From Antedon mediterranea (lineage: Eukaryota > Animalia > Echinodermata): DNA of 64,000 nt. Positions 35,576 through 48,000 of the stretch are shown here, one piece after another. The stretch covers positions 24,783,432-24,847,431 of the forward strand of contig NC_092679.1 of the NCBI RefSeq assembly GCF_964355755.1, given 5' to 3'. Position numbers and translations under genes: made by a program. The notes beneath the pieces were generated by a model that was not told the DNA's origin, ran no database searches, and saw nothing but the letters and a program-made list of their open reading frames with translations. The first letter of the stretch is position 1. Each line of letters starts with the position of its first letter.

Positions 35576-35699
35576 TATATACGAAACGATATTAAAAGTA
35601 GTGACTTTTATTTCTATTTTATATCACTGTGCTACCTTGGTGCAAAATTGGGTCCACTTGAGCAGTTACCGTAGTACTATTTCTATTATTGAAGTTAAT

Positions 35700-35760
35700 A
35701 AAGGCATAAATGGCGCTCCGTAGAGAATGCTCCAGTCGACGTCAGAATGACGCTCTGAAT
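35700..35760 (+). promoter_or_regulatory. Candidate TBP proximal promoter motifs
   Basis: aaatggcg (YY1-like, 35708-15) and gacgtca (CRE-like, 35738-44) about 200 bp upstream of the ATG. Confidence 0.35.
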
Positions 35761-35930
35761 ATACCTCTCTACTCTGTGTGTTGGTGTTGTATTTTTCGGC
35801 TACTAGTAGCCTAATAACAGGAGGCCGAGTAGGCCTAAGGCTAGTATTTTTCATAAAGAGATGACTTCACTGTATTCATAAATATTTAAAGATTTATGTC
35901 AAACAAGCAAGGTAGTAATATATTTCGGAA

Positions 35931-38900
35931 ATGAATTCTAATCAATCTGCTCCCAATCTTTCTTCTCCCGGCCTAGGCTTAGGCCTTGTCCAACAACAGG
36001 CGGCTGCAACAACGAATTCTGCTGGTGCTGGTGGACGAACTCCAAATCCCATTTACCATGCACCGATGACACCTTCCGCCCTTCTGATGCAACCACCGAT
36101 TCAACGTCCCCCAAAAGTACGTTGTCATAATTTCATAATTTTCTTGTTACAAAATTAATAGGCCTAAAATTAATTATCTGATCGATTGACTTGCATACTA
36201 GGCTAATATTTAATTTAATAATAATACTAGGCCGAGGCCGTATAGATAGGGCCTAGGCCTAGAGTATAGTAGTGCAGTAGGTCGGTATTTACTATTTTAA
36301 TTAGAATCTTTGACGATTTATCATTTAGGCCCAGAGACGATTCATAAATTGAAATATATTCATATGACTTTACATACATACATACACACACAATTATATA
36401 CACACATTACAGTATAATTAATAGGCCTAGAACAAATTCATTACTACTTTATGAATGGGCTTAATTGAAAAGTTGTTTTTAATGTTGCAGGCGAGTGAAC
36501 AATCAGAAGATGAACAAAATATACAAGGTAGACAATCTGGCGCATCTTCATCTTCTCACAGTGCCAGTGTATCAACACCATCTGTACCATATTCATGGCA
36601 ACACCCTGCAACACCAGGTAGTTCACCTATGACACCAATAAACCCAGCAACCCCAGCTAGTGAATATACAGGCATTCTTCCACAACTACAGTGAGTTTTA
36701 CTTCCTTGCTAACTTATACATTTTACTTACAATTACTTTTATTATCTATTGCATTACTTTAATGAGTCTTGGCAATTATTTCGTGCATTTTGTTTCTTTT
36801 TAAATGATATTATATTTTTATTTTAGATGTATACTATATTATCAATGACAATTTTTATTGGAAATGTTTTATAAATGCTGTATACTACTGTATGTTAAAT
36901 GTTTTGATCATTTTAAGAGTTGCTGTTCTGAAAAATAGTCCATGCACAGATTTTTGGGGGAATTAAATAATGGGGGAAAACCTACTCATTTCTGGGAACT
37001 TAAGGCATAGGCCTGGGTCCTAGAGACTTATATATATTTAAAACATTTATTGTTTATTATTTCAGAAATATTGTGTCAACTGTGAACCTTGGTTGTAAAT
37101 TAGATCTAAAGAAAATAGCGTTGCATGCAAGAAATGCAGAATATAACCCAAAGGTAAACCAGATTTAAACCTGTCACCATGACGAGTTAGGGGATACGCA
37201 TAAATGCAACGTAAAGATTTTACAATAATTTATATTCTTCCCTAAAGGCACACATGCCTTTGGAAATAGATTGTCCCACTCAAGAATTGTTGATGAGTGG
37301 TGAAAACATTACATTTCCATACTTTTTTTTTTTTATTTTATGTCTTTAGGCAATGTGGCCAAGGATTACCATTAGTGAATTAATCACTGTCCTATCAGAT
37401 AGGTGGTAATCCCCCTGATACAGGGGCTATTGTGTGAACCAGTTCACCGGGGTAACCCCCTACTCTTTTTCGAATAATGAACTGGGTTTCTTTAAAGTAC
37501 ACACAGGTTATAACTGTGTCCACTGGACCTACGGTTTATAGTCCTTATCCGAGAAGACTTGTTCCACCACCAGAACCAGGAGCGAGTCGGCCTCGAACCC
37601 TTGCCGATGTTGTTGTTGGCTCTTTAGGTACGGTAAACGGCGCCCCTGCCTTAACCGCTCGGCCATATGACTCACTGGTTTATAATATTAATGTTGTCGT
37701 TTCTTAAACATAAAAACCTTCTATTTCAGCGATTTGCAGCAGTTATAATGCGAATCAGAGATCCAAGAACTACAGCCTTAATCTTCAGTTCTGGAAAAAT
37801 GGTTTGTACAGGTGCAAAAAGTGAAGATTTGTCCAGATTAGCAGCCAGAAAATATGCCCGTGTCATACAGAAACTGGGTTTTCCGGTAATAAACATTGCT
37901 TTTTTACTATCCAACTACATTTAAATTATTTATTTATTTAGATTTGCCAAAAACTGGGTGAGAGGAATCCATGGCTCAGACGGTTTCGATCCAAGTCGGC
38001 CCTAAACCGTCTCGGCCAAAGTCAAGTCGGCCTCAAGTCAACTCGGCCTCAAGTCAACTCGGCCTCAAGTCAACTCGGCCTCAAGTCAACTCGGCCTAAA
38101 AATAATCGGTCAACTCGGCCTCGTTAAAGTATGGAACGCAAAAAGTGCAAATGAAGGGGATTGATAAAATAATATTTCTTCACAATTTTTTAACTATAAA
38201 TAATTCTGACTTTTAATGAATATTAATATTTAGACAATAATATATTTAGCAAAAAAAATAGGAATGATTTCACTAACTTTCCTTTATTAATACGTTTAAT
38301 AAAATTGCACAATTGAAAACAATTCGTAGCTGCGCCTCCCTGCGCCTTTGGCAGCTTTTTCGATATCTACAACTGCTATGTGTTTTCACTGACCGGGGGA
38401 TTCCCCTTTTTTTTAAACGCAAATTATGGACAAAAACGATGTACGATCATTTTTTCTATGGCCAAATGGTGGAACGTAGGCCTCCGTCTTCGATTTACTA
38501 AAATGCGGTACCTGCACGTGTTTTTGTAATACGCGGGTACTTATATTCATATCGGCAATGAGTTCATTTTTTTATATGATATTATTTAATTATATTTTTT
38601 TTTTTTATTCATTTTTTTAAAAGCGTGGATAGTGAGAATCATAATAATATTAAGCACTTTTTGCGTTCCATACTTTATTGTGGCCGAGTTGACCGATTAG
38701 TTTTTGGCCGAGTTGACGTGAGGCCGAGTTGACTTGAGGCCGAGTTGACTTGGGGCCGAGTTGACTTGGGGCCGAGTTGATTTGGGGCCGACTTGACGTG
38801 GGGCCGACTTGACTTTGGCCGAGACGGTTTAGGGCCGACTTGACCTGCACCCGCTCAGACCTTTATTTAAAGCAGTGTGATCATGTATCGTATAGGCAGA

Positions 38901-40529
38901 AACCACTGAAAAACAAAACAGCAAAAATATTAATATAGTTTTCTCTCTGTGATAAATAAATGAAAATTGATTGTACAGAAGAATGCTAGAAGAAGATAAT
39001 ATATATTATATATTTTTGTACATGTTCCATGACAGGCACTACTTACTGTAACTGCTCTAAGCTTTTTGCATTTTCATAATTGTATTTGTTTTCTAGGCTA
39101 AGTTCATTGAGTTTCGTATACAAAATATGGTAGGAAGTTGTGATGTGAAGTTCCCTATCCGATTAGAAGGCCTTGTTTTAGCACATGGACAGTTTTCAAG
39201 GTAAATATGCATTGTGTACATTCTTTTATTTCTCTTGTCTGAAAAGTCTTAACAGACATGAATGCGCAAACACAACTTGCAAGTATGTTAGAATGCAGAC
39301 AATTTATTATGCCAACTTATCACCTGAAATAATTGTTTTTAGACTTTTAGAATTGTTTCTATTTTGTTATCCATAACAAAATGTCTTTTGTTAGTTTTAG
39401 CTATACTGCATCCTAAATGCCTACTAAGGCGATTCCATGTCAAATGAATTGGAGCTCCCTGATTGACCGTCTCAAATTGTTACAAAAGTTCACGATCTGA
39501 TCCACTATGTGAAAAACTGACTGAACAAAATATGCAACGGTGTGTGAGATGTTGGCACTGCAAAAAAAGGGGCATGTTTCTTAAAGATTTACAAAAGGGG
39601 AACCACAGATCAATAACTATTGTAATGTATTACCACTAGAAATGTTTACTAGAAGGGGCAAAGGACAAAATTGAACATTTACATAAAGTCTTTGCATAGT
39701 CTATGGTCATAAACTAATTTCCTTTTTTTCTTTAGTTATGAGCCTGAACTGTTTCCTGGTCTGATATACAGAATGGTGAAGCCCAGAATTGTGTTACTTA
39801 TATTTGTATCTGGTAAAGTTGTATTAACCGGTAAGTTGTGCGTGTCATATGTGGTCATTATCTTTGTGACTTGACAAGCTAGAAGAATGAACTTAATTAA
39901 AACGTCACAAGATTATCCTTAGATTATATTCAACTTGAAAGTTAAGAATGGATCTGCAAATAATAATGTACTTTGTCTATCCAATTGACAAAATATAGCC
40001 TTATTATTATCCATTACATTCTGCATTAACACTCAGTTGAGAATGATCTCTGATAGAGATCGAAACGTCCGAGTAAGTACTCCGTTAACTTGTAGCTTTT
40101 ACAAAAACGAAATTTGTCATCTATCATTACATTCTAATTTGATTGAAGGTAAGGTTTGTTTTATGTTTACCCTAAACCCTGTAGTCACCTTCCATGTACA
40201 GTATGTTTGAAGTGGAAATGGCATTTAATAGTCAATCGGCAACCTCCCTTGACTGACTGAAAGTTTGTAAACACAAATATTGTATATGATTTTTTTAAAG
40301 GGCAACATTTGCCCATGTAGAAATTCATCTGAAAATACCCAAGAGAGTATTTTAAGAGGTCATTGAACTGAAAATTGATACAATGTTTACAGTAATGAAC
40401 CACTTACCAAATATAATTAATTTATTAATCAGTTTCATACTATTTATATTTTTAGGTGCTAAAGTTAGATCAGAAATTAACGATGCATTCAACAACATCT
40501 ACCCAATCCTGAAAGCATACAAGAAGTGA
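35931..40529 (+). CDS. TBP: TATA-box binding protein; exons 35931-36116, 36491-36690, 37066-37153, 37730-37885, 39097-39200, 39736-39830, 40456-40529
   Basis: [11 protein letters not shown]-terminal motif; core [64 protein letters not shown]...[34 protein letters not shown]. All introns are GT-AG and in phase. Confidence 0.97.
37323..37673 (-). mobile_element. Full-length tRNA-derived SINE with a Deu/Nin-type core, in TBP intron 3
   Basis: Minus strand: A box tggccgagcgg, B box ggttcgaggcc, core tctcggataaggactataaaccgtaggtcc..ttaaagaaaccc..ttcgaaaaagagtagggggttaccccggtg, and an A-rich tail. Confidence 0.8.
37982..38852. mobile_element. Non-autonomous foldback-type DNA transposon D in TBP intron 4
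   Basis: Long imperfect TIRs with tandem caagtcaactcggcct subrepeats; 8-bp TSD gctcagac (37974-81 and 38853-60). Confidence 0.85.
40031..40074 (+). ncRNA. Degenerate minimal hammerhead-like motif (Penelope-type) in TBP intron 6
   Basis: actcag-ttgagaat-[gatctct gat agagatc]-gaaa-cg-tc-cgagt; the core deviates from CUGAnGA. Confidence 0.4.
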
Positions 40530-41007
40530 CATTATTTATTTAAAAGGCCTCAAGAAATGATTTGTAATTACTTGATGGTCCTGATATTATTCATGACTAC
40601 ATGACTGGTCGGTGGCTAAGAAGTAGTCATGTCATATTCTCAACTCAAGTTTGAACATCCATATGATAACATGGACTAATTGTGAATAGTAAACCATGTC
40701 ATCATTACTATTACAATATAGAGTGATAAGAGAGGCTTCCACATGTTCTTAAGAAACATTATCAATACTATTGGAAGGAGGGTTTATTAAGTCTACTGCA
40801 GCAGATGTCAAATATGGTCCTTTTATTTTTTAGTACGGAAATATTAAGGGAAATAATTTAATTGACCATTGATTAATTACTGTATCATGAAATACATTTT
40901 TTATATTCTTTTGGATTTTTTTTCAACATAATCATTGCTTGGGATTACTGTAGTACTTTACTACAAAGTAAATGACTGGAGATTGTTCCAGGTTCATATT
41001 TTGTGTC

Positions 41008-42028
41008 TTAAGCTCTGTCTACACTATCAAACATGGACAAAAAAAATGTGTGTACCCACATATGGTCATGATGTCATATCACTACCATATTTGGGCACAT
41101 CACACTTTTTGTCAAACTAGTTTGATAGTGTAGACAGAGCATTATAATACACCCATCTTGCTTCTTATTTTGTTTCTTAAGCTCTGTCTACTCTATCAAA
41201 CATGGACAAAAAAATGTGTGTACCCACATATGGTCATGATGATGTCATATCACTACCATATTTGGGTACATCACACTTTTTGTCAAACTAGTTTGATAGT
41301 GTAGACAGAGCTTTATAATACACTCATCTTGCTTCTTATTTTGTTTCTTAAGCTCTGTCTACACTATCAAACATGGACAAAAAAATGTGTGTACCCACAT
41401 ATGGTCATGATGATGTCATATCACTACCATATTTGGGCACATCACACTTTTTGTCAAACTAGTTTGATAGTGTAGACAGAGCATTATAATACACTCATCT
41501 TGCTTCTTATTTTGTTTCTTAAGCTCTGTCTACTCTATCAAACTTTATGGACAAAAAAATGTGTGTACCCACATATGGTCATGATGATGTCATATCACTA
41601 CCATATTTGGGTACATCACACTTTTTGTCAAACTAGTTTGATAGTGTAGACAGAGCATTATAATACACTCATCTTGCTTCTTATTTTGTTTCTTAAGCTC
41701 TGTCTACACTATCAAACATGGACAAAAAAATGTGTGTACCCACATATGGTCATGATGATGTCATATCACTACCATATTTGGGCACATCACACTTTTTGTC
41801 AAACTAGTTTGATAGTGTAGACAGAGCATTATAATACACTCATCTTGCTTTCTTATTTTGTTTCTTAAGCTCTGTCTACTCTATCAAACTTTATGGACAA
41901 AAAAATGTGTGTACCCACATATGGTCATGATATCGTCATATCACTACCATATTTGGGCACATCACATTTTTTTGTCAGACTAGTTTGATGGTTTAGACAG
42001 AGCTTTATAATGCACTCATCTTGCTTCA
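41008..42028. repeat. Tandem array of 6 Kolobok-type hairpin MITEs (~171-bp units) downstream of the TBP stop codon
   Basis: Each unit has TIRs gctctgtctacactatcaaac / gtttgatagtgtagacagagc plus a ~35-bp flank; units start at 41008, 41177, 41348, 41519, 41693 and 41865. Confidence 0.9.
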
Positions 42029-43878
42029 TATGTGAGTTTAAACTTAATGTAAATATTGTGTAAAAGTAGATCAAGGTATAAGCTTACCGTTAGTTTACAT
42101 TCTTGTTACAATTTAAATATTTTATTTCACTTACTGTATTGTTTTGTGTAAATAAACAACTAAAAAGTAATCATTGTAATTTTTTCAGCATTGGTTTAGT
42201 AGGGGGAGATATTCTCGTTGTACATCGTCATTTCCACATGCGTCTCCCACTCACTAAAGGAAACCGTTCACAAGTTATTGTAAATGTTATAACCTCTATA
42301 ATCATTTCTGCCAAATATTTTTTTTAAAAGAACTTTAGAACGGATTCGGATTTTAATCATTTAAATTGAAAAATGAATTTTGGGTCAAAAAGAAATAATT
42401 TAAAATTGTGTAAGCACTTTAATGGCAAGCAGTTTATACATAATGTATTTAAAATACATAAGCAATCATTGTATAGATGTCAATATACATGATTACAAAC
42501 TAATATGACAGGCATTTCAAACTAAAAAGCAGACACAAAGATTAGCATACTAATCAACTAGCAATAGCTTGAAAATAAGATGAACCGGCTGGAACCGACC
42601 CAGATAATATGCAAAGAACACATTAATTATTGACCATGCTTATGGTCATAATTAAATATTAATTATTAATACATTTCTTAAATGTGTCTTTCCTCTTTTG
42701 AGTTGTTCTAGATATTTCTGGTGAAATAAATGTATATAATGCATTATTTTATTACACTATTATTATTCAATAATACTTATTAGGTGATCATATTAGAATA
42801 AAATGATAACCTATTGTTATTGTATATAATCTTTATTAGGCTGCCTCTAAAACGGCGAAAGCAGTTCAACTGTAACTCGCCCACTAGGTGCTCATGCACC
42901 TGACTTTGGTTTAATGAAAATATGGTGGCATAGCGTAACTAACTAAGCACGATTTTCTGAAATTCCTAAATTTACTATAAATTAAAAACTAAAAGTATTT
43001 TTAAAGTAAAACTTGGACTCATGTATGCTTCATGATTTTCTCTCCCTGTATCATCAGCAAAATTGGAAAGATTAGGGTTTTTTACGTACGCACGCTTTGA
43101 AAGTTAAAAATGCTCAAAATCAACTTTATACACGTTTCAGGACATTTTAAACATTTCACATTTTTCATTTCATTCACATTTTTTTTGCATTGCGCGCGCG
43201 TCTTTGCTCAATGAGCTCGTGGGCAGCTTAGGAAGACCGTTTTTGCACTTGATTGTTGTTCTTTGTACTTTTTATGATACATTCCTTTCATTTTTTATGA
43301 ATTGGTAATGTAAAATAATGACACACATGCATGTACAGTCAAACTTGCGCTTGAAAATGGGTAATTTTATGCAAAGTTGTGTAGAATATGCCTCCTTTGA
43401 ATCGATTATAACTCTTCAGAGAATGGCCGATGAACCCCTATTTTTTTAACTTATTATAAAAGCTTATAATGATTTGTAGATAGGAATTTATTATAATATT
43501 ATATGGGATTTAGACCGTGAGTATGTTATAATGTCACCATGTGGCCATCTGAATTTAAAAAATTAAAATATGAAACGAAATTATAAGGTTACACATGGAG
43601 AACTCCATGGTTGGGTGGAGCTAATTATTTTGAAAAATAGAGTTGCTAGGTGCCCGGAAATTAGACTTCGAAATAAGGAAAGAATAAAAGTCTCCAGTCA
43701 GACCCTGTCTATCCTAAATTAACTTGACTCTCTAAACATCTGTCTTTCAAAATAAAAAATAAAAATCCATAGAGATTCGAACCCCAGCTAGTAGAGCTGA
43801 AAGAATTCAAACGGTAGTTACTAGAGCACTATCCGTTATTCCACAATGTACACGAGTAATGAAGGATGACAATAGTAT

Positions 43879-44040
43879 ACAAATAATGAATGTTTATGAG
43901 TGCAATGGTACAAATAATGGCACGAGGTGAATGATGAAAGGTTATATCAACGAGGCAAAGCCGAGTTGATATAACCTTTCATCATTCACCAAGTGCCATT
44001 ATTTGTACCATTACACGAATACAAAACATTCATTATTTGT
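43879..44040. repeat. Long near-perfect palindrome (~80-bp arms, ggc-aaa-gcc apex), probably a non-autonomous transposon
   Basis: acaaataatgaatgttt..ggtacaaataatggcac..tgaatgatgaaaggttatatcaac / gttgatataacctttcatcattca..gtgccattatttgtacc..aaacattcattatttgt. Confidence 0.85.
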
Positions 44041-44308
44041 TTTATATAACATCTAGACGTTTTTTTTTCGTACACAAAAATGTTTCAAAAAGTACTATTT
44101 AACGATCGTTGAATAGTGCGTACTATTGCACGCCATGTGACCCACATTCGTCCAATCAAATGACAGGAATTTATATAGGTGTTATATAATACTGTATATT
44201 CAATACGCGTTTGTCATACGTCCTTCTAATCGTACGTCATAAATTTGCATATTCATGACGTAAGATTGAGGAAACGAATCTAATTTTAACCTTCCAATAA
44301 ACCAGAGG

Positions 44309-44553
44309 GCCGGATAGCTCAGTCGGTAGAGCGTCGTGGAACACGATTATCGTGGGTTCAAACCCCATGCCGGTCGGTGGAAAAGAGTTAAGGCTAAGCG
44401 AGCTTCTGTGTTTGGGGTTCACAGATTAAAAACGTCCCCCTTTCCACCACGTCATCATGAGGCAATAACATCAAAGCATCTGATGTCGTGACCCAAGGCT
44501 GTGAGAGGGCCTTACCGTGCTAGATGCAAGGGAGCACAACACTATTTTTTTTT
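44309..44553 (+). mobile_element. tRNA-derived SINE
   Basis: gccggatagctcagtcggtagagcg (A box) and ggttcaaacc (B box) with no proper anticodon arm, then a ~170-bp non-tRNA body ending in a T-run. Confidence 0.7.
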
Positions 44554-44693
44554 TAATTCTGTGGCCTCTATTCGATCTCGTAAATGCTATGTTTGGCGCC
44601 CTCAATTTTTAGAACATCTAAGTTATGTCAGAAAATTAGGAACAAATAAAAATGTGTACTAGATACCGATGGATGCCTAGTGAGTCTGGCTAG

Positions 44694-45879
44694 TACGGAA
44701 GCCCGTTCGGGCCACAAGATAACTATATTTTAAAAGCTGTTATCTGGCGGCCGCCACTTAATTATCTGGCGGCCGCCACTTAATTATCGGGCGGCCGCCA
44801 CTTAATTATCTGGCGGCCGCCACTTAATTATCTGGCGGCCGCCACTTAATTATCTGGCGGCCGCCACTTAATTATCTGGCGGCCGCCACTTAATTATCTG
44901 GCGGCCGCCACTTAATTATCTGGCGGCCGCCACTTAATAATTAGTACATGTCCCGTCACGTGACATGACATTTACGTGCATTGGATTAGAGGCGATGTTG
45001 CATATGGAACGCCGTCGCTGCCTCCGGCAGCAAACTTTAGTTCTATTCGGCTCTTTTACCATTCGGCGCATTTCTATTCGGCCCATTTACCATTACGTTC
45101 GGCTCTTTTTTATTTTTTTATACGGCGCAATTAAATTCTAACCTTTTACATGGGGGTCAAATGGAAGAAAATCAACGGCTGGAAATGAGTCTATGAAAAG
45201 TTTACAAAACATACAGATGCAGCATGTAAAGTGTTTGGTTGCTTGAATTAAATGAATTTGAAGGCTATTTTCAATATGACTAATCATTTTATTGACATGA
45301 TTAATGTGTTAGAGAACTTGCAATTGTCCCACCTTATTGACTATTTTGAAAGAGAAAAGGTTTGATTTATGGCCTAGGCTAGCTAGACCTAGTCTAGTGT
45401 CAGCCTAACTTTTAACAATAATAATTTACCCTTTCTCTCTCAAAATTTGTAAAAAGATGAATTAATTTTAGGTTATTCAACACATCTTTAATCGTAAATA
45501 TGGTAAATGGGCCGAATAGAAATGCGCCAAATGCTAAAAGAGTCGAACGTAATGGTTGTAAAAGAGCCGAATAGAATTAAAGTTTGCTGCCGGCGGGCAG
45601 CGATGGCGTTCCATATGCAACATCGCCTCTGATCGATCCAATGCACGTACATGTCACGTGACGGGACATGTACTAATTATTAAGTGGCGGCCGCCAGATA
45701 ATTAAGTGGCGGTCGCCAGATAATTAAGTGGCGGCCGCCAGATAATTAAGTGGCGGCCGCCAGATAATTAAGTGGCGGCCGCCAGATAATTAAGTGGCGG
45801 CCGCCAGATAATTAAGTGGCGGCCGCCAGATAACAGCTTTTAAAATATAGTTAACTTGTGGCCCGAACGGGCTTCCGTA
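44694..45879. mobile_element. IS3EU-like non-autonomous DNA transposon E with ~400-bp TIRs
   Basis: Termini tacggaagcccgttcgg..ccgaacgggcttccgta; 6-bp TSD ggctag (44688-93 and 45880-85); 22-bp subrepeat ttatctggcggccgccacttaa x9 on the left and x7 on the right. Confidence 0.88.
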
Positions 45880-46688
45880 GGCTAGTGTATTCTCCCTATT
45901 TGTTTAAATACATATGCATTATAGTGTTATTTTATTTCTCACAATAGTTTCTGAACTTGGATTGTCAAAATTCATTCGCACCGTTCGTTCGAATCGTAAT
46001 GATTCACTGAATTCCATGACTCAAAAACTATTATATCGACATTGCTACATTATCTAAATTGAAAAGAGGTGGGGGAGGAGGGGGTGGAGGGTGTTTGTAA
46101 TAAATTGTGTTATCATTGAGTTTGGGGTGGGGGGGGGGGGGATTGTGTTTGTAATAAATTGTGCTATCATTGATTTTATCTACTTGTGCTAATTGTGCCA
46201 CCACCGATCTAAAGGTGTAACTGCAAATAAATAGATAGATAAAGTGAATCATGGTGAATAACAGCAGACGAAGCAGTAATGATACCTAACCTCATATGCC
46301 ATATATGAGGTATAGTTTGGTATTCCGTGCGATGTTATGCAAATGAGTTTGTGCAGGTGTAGTGCGGGGTCGGAATATGGTATTGTTAATCATTTAACAC
46401 AATTCTGTTCTGTTTTACATTAGAGGATTATTATTCTACACCGTACCACATTATACTGTATTTGTTGCTACATTAGTAGCGAAATATCATCCGTTTCATG
46501 CAAAATGATAATTTGGTATGTTATGAATAAAAGTTTATAGCAATGTTGGCGTGTGTGGCTAGAAACATTTTTTAAACAGATACTGAGATAGTTTGTCTTG
46601 GTTGTTAATGGGGACTGAGATAAGATCGGTTGTAAAGATACCAATTACATTGAGAATTATTAATTGCTCGAGTAACTAAACTGTATAC

Positions 46689-48000
46689 TACGGTGGCTGA
46701 TTTCCGCCAAAGAAAACAATTATTTTGTAATATAACGCCGTAATTAGGGCGTTATAATGCCGTATCTGTTCACACCTCCATGCGCATGCGTTGTACAAAT
46801 CACAGATTTTAGAAAGTCACGTGGTACATTAGTGGCCATCTTTGTGTCCAACTATGCCTATGTGTATGGAGTCGAGTAATTTGTCTCTAAAATGTAGGTT
46901 TTAAATTATATCTAATTTATTTATGAACATATTAATTCCAAACTGCCTTCTAACTTTTCCTGTAATTTTTTAACTAACTCTGAAATCCATTCGTATAATA
47001 CAAGAGCATCACGGGACCTTCATCTTCCTCAATTCGCTATAGTGGTTCTAAACTATTCAATAATCTACCTCCCGAAATTTCATCATCGTCTTCTAGCAAA
47101 ATGTTCTCTTTTAAACTTAAAGAATATCTTATTTCAAATTATAACTAATGGTTTTCTCTATTTTGTAATATTTTTTTAACTTTAGAAACTTTTTCTAAAT
47201 TGCTTCCTTTTCTGTTGGTGTGTGTGAGTGTGTGTGTCTGTTGATCTTTATGTGTATGTGTAGTTATATGTTTACATTTATATATATAAGTATATAATTT
47301 TCTTACATGGCTTCCCAACATACAAGTTCTCAATTGGATTTTTGTTTCCAATTGATCGATACTTTCTTGGGTTTTTTTGCCTCTTTCATTTTTTTATATA
47401 ACTGAATCATCTTTTTTTATACATTATGATTTACTGTATATATCTCTAAAAAAAAAAATTTATATATAAAATATCAGAAATTATAAGGTTTTACTCAAAT
47501 ATGAATATGAAAGAAATAAATGTTTATTTGATTGATTGATTGATTGATTTAATATCAAAACAATCAACATTTGTTTAAAGGTTTTTGTTAAGATAACGCA
47601 ATCATAAAGTTACTGCGATTTTAAACAACAAAATGTAAAAACAATGCATTACTATAGAGAATCGCTGTACAAAATAAACGCGCATGCATAGAGCGCACAG
47701 CCAGAGCCGTTAAATTAAATGGAAAAGCTTTTTTTTTTTAAATCATCAAAATAATATTATTATTGTAACAAAAACCTTTAAACAAATTGATTCAATCCAT
47801 TCAAAGTCGCAACTCTTTATGGCTCTGGGTTTGTTGATGTACTACGCATGCGCATATAGGCCTACGTGTGAACGGATTGTATAATTAGGGCGTTATAACG
47901 CCGTAATTAGGGCGTTATAACGCCCTAATACGGCGTTATAACGCCCAACGCCGTATTATTATAAAATAATGTTTTTCTTTGCCGGAAATCAGCCACCGTA
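46689..48000. mobile_element. Second TAC..GTA (IS3EU-like) element F
   Basis: TIR tacggtggctgatttccg / cggaaatcagccaccgta; subrepeats ggcgttataacgcc; TSD not preserved. Confidence 0.75.
46900..47549 (+). mobile_element. 3' fragment of an L2/Crack-type LINE nested in element F
   Basis: Remnant peptide EIHSYNTRASRDLHLP..RYSGSKLFNNLPPEI..FSFKLKEYL*, then AATAAA at ~47515 and a (TTGA)n tail. Confidence 0.8.

Noticed and set aside
42838-43232. Possible TAG..CTA-type element (taggctgcc..ggcagctta)
   Set aside because: The inverted match is short and no TSD is present.
43594-43609. catggagaactccatg as a fifth P-type footprint
   Set aside because: Termini fit, but the flanks (ggttaca / gttgggt) are not a 7-bp duplication; left uncounted.
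44309-44375. Functional tRNA gene
   Set aside because: A and B boxes are present but the anticodon arm is truncated and a long non-tRNA body follows; better explained as a SINE head.
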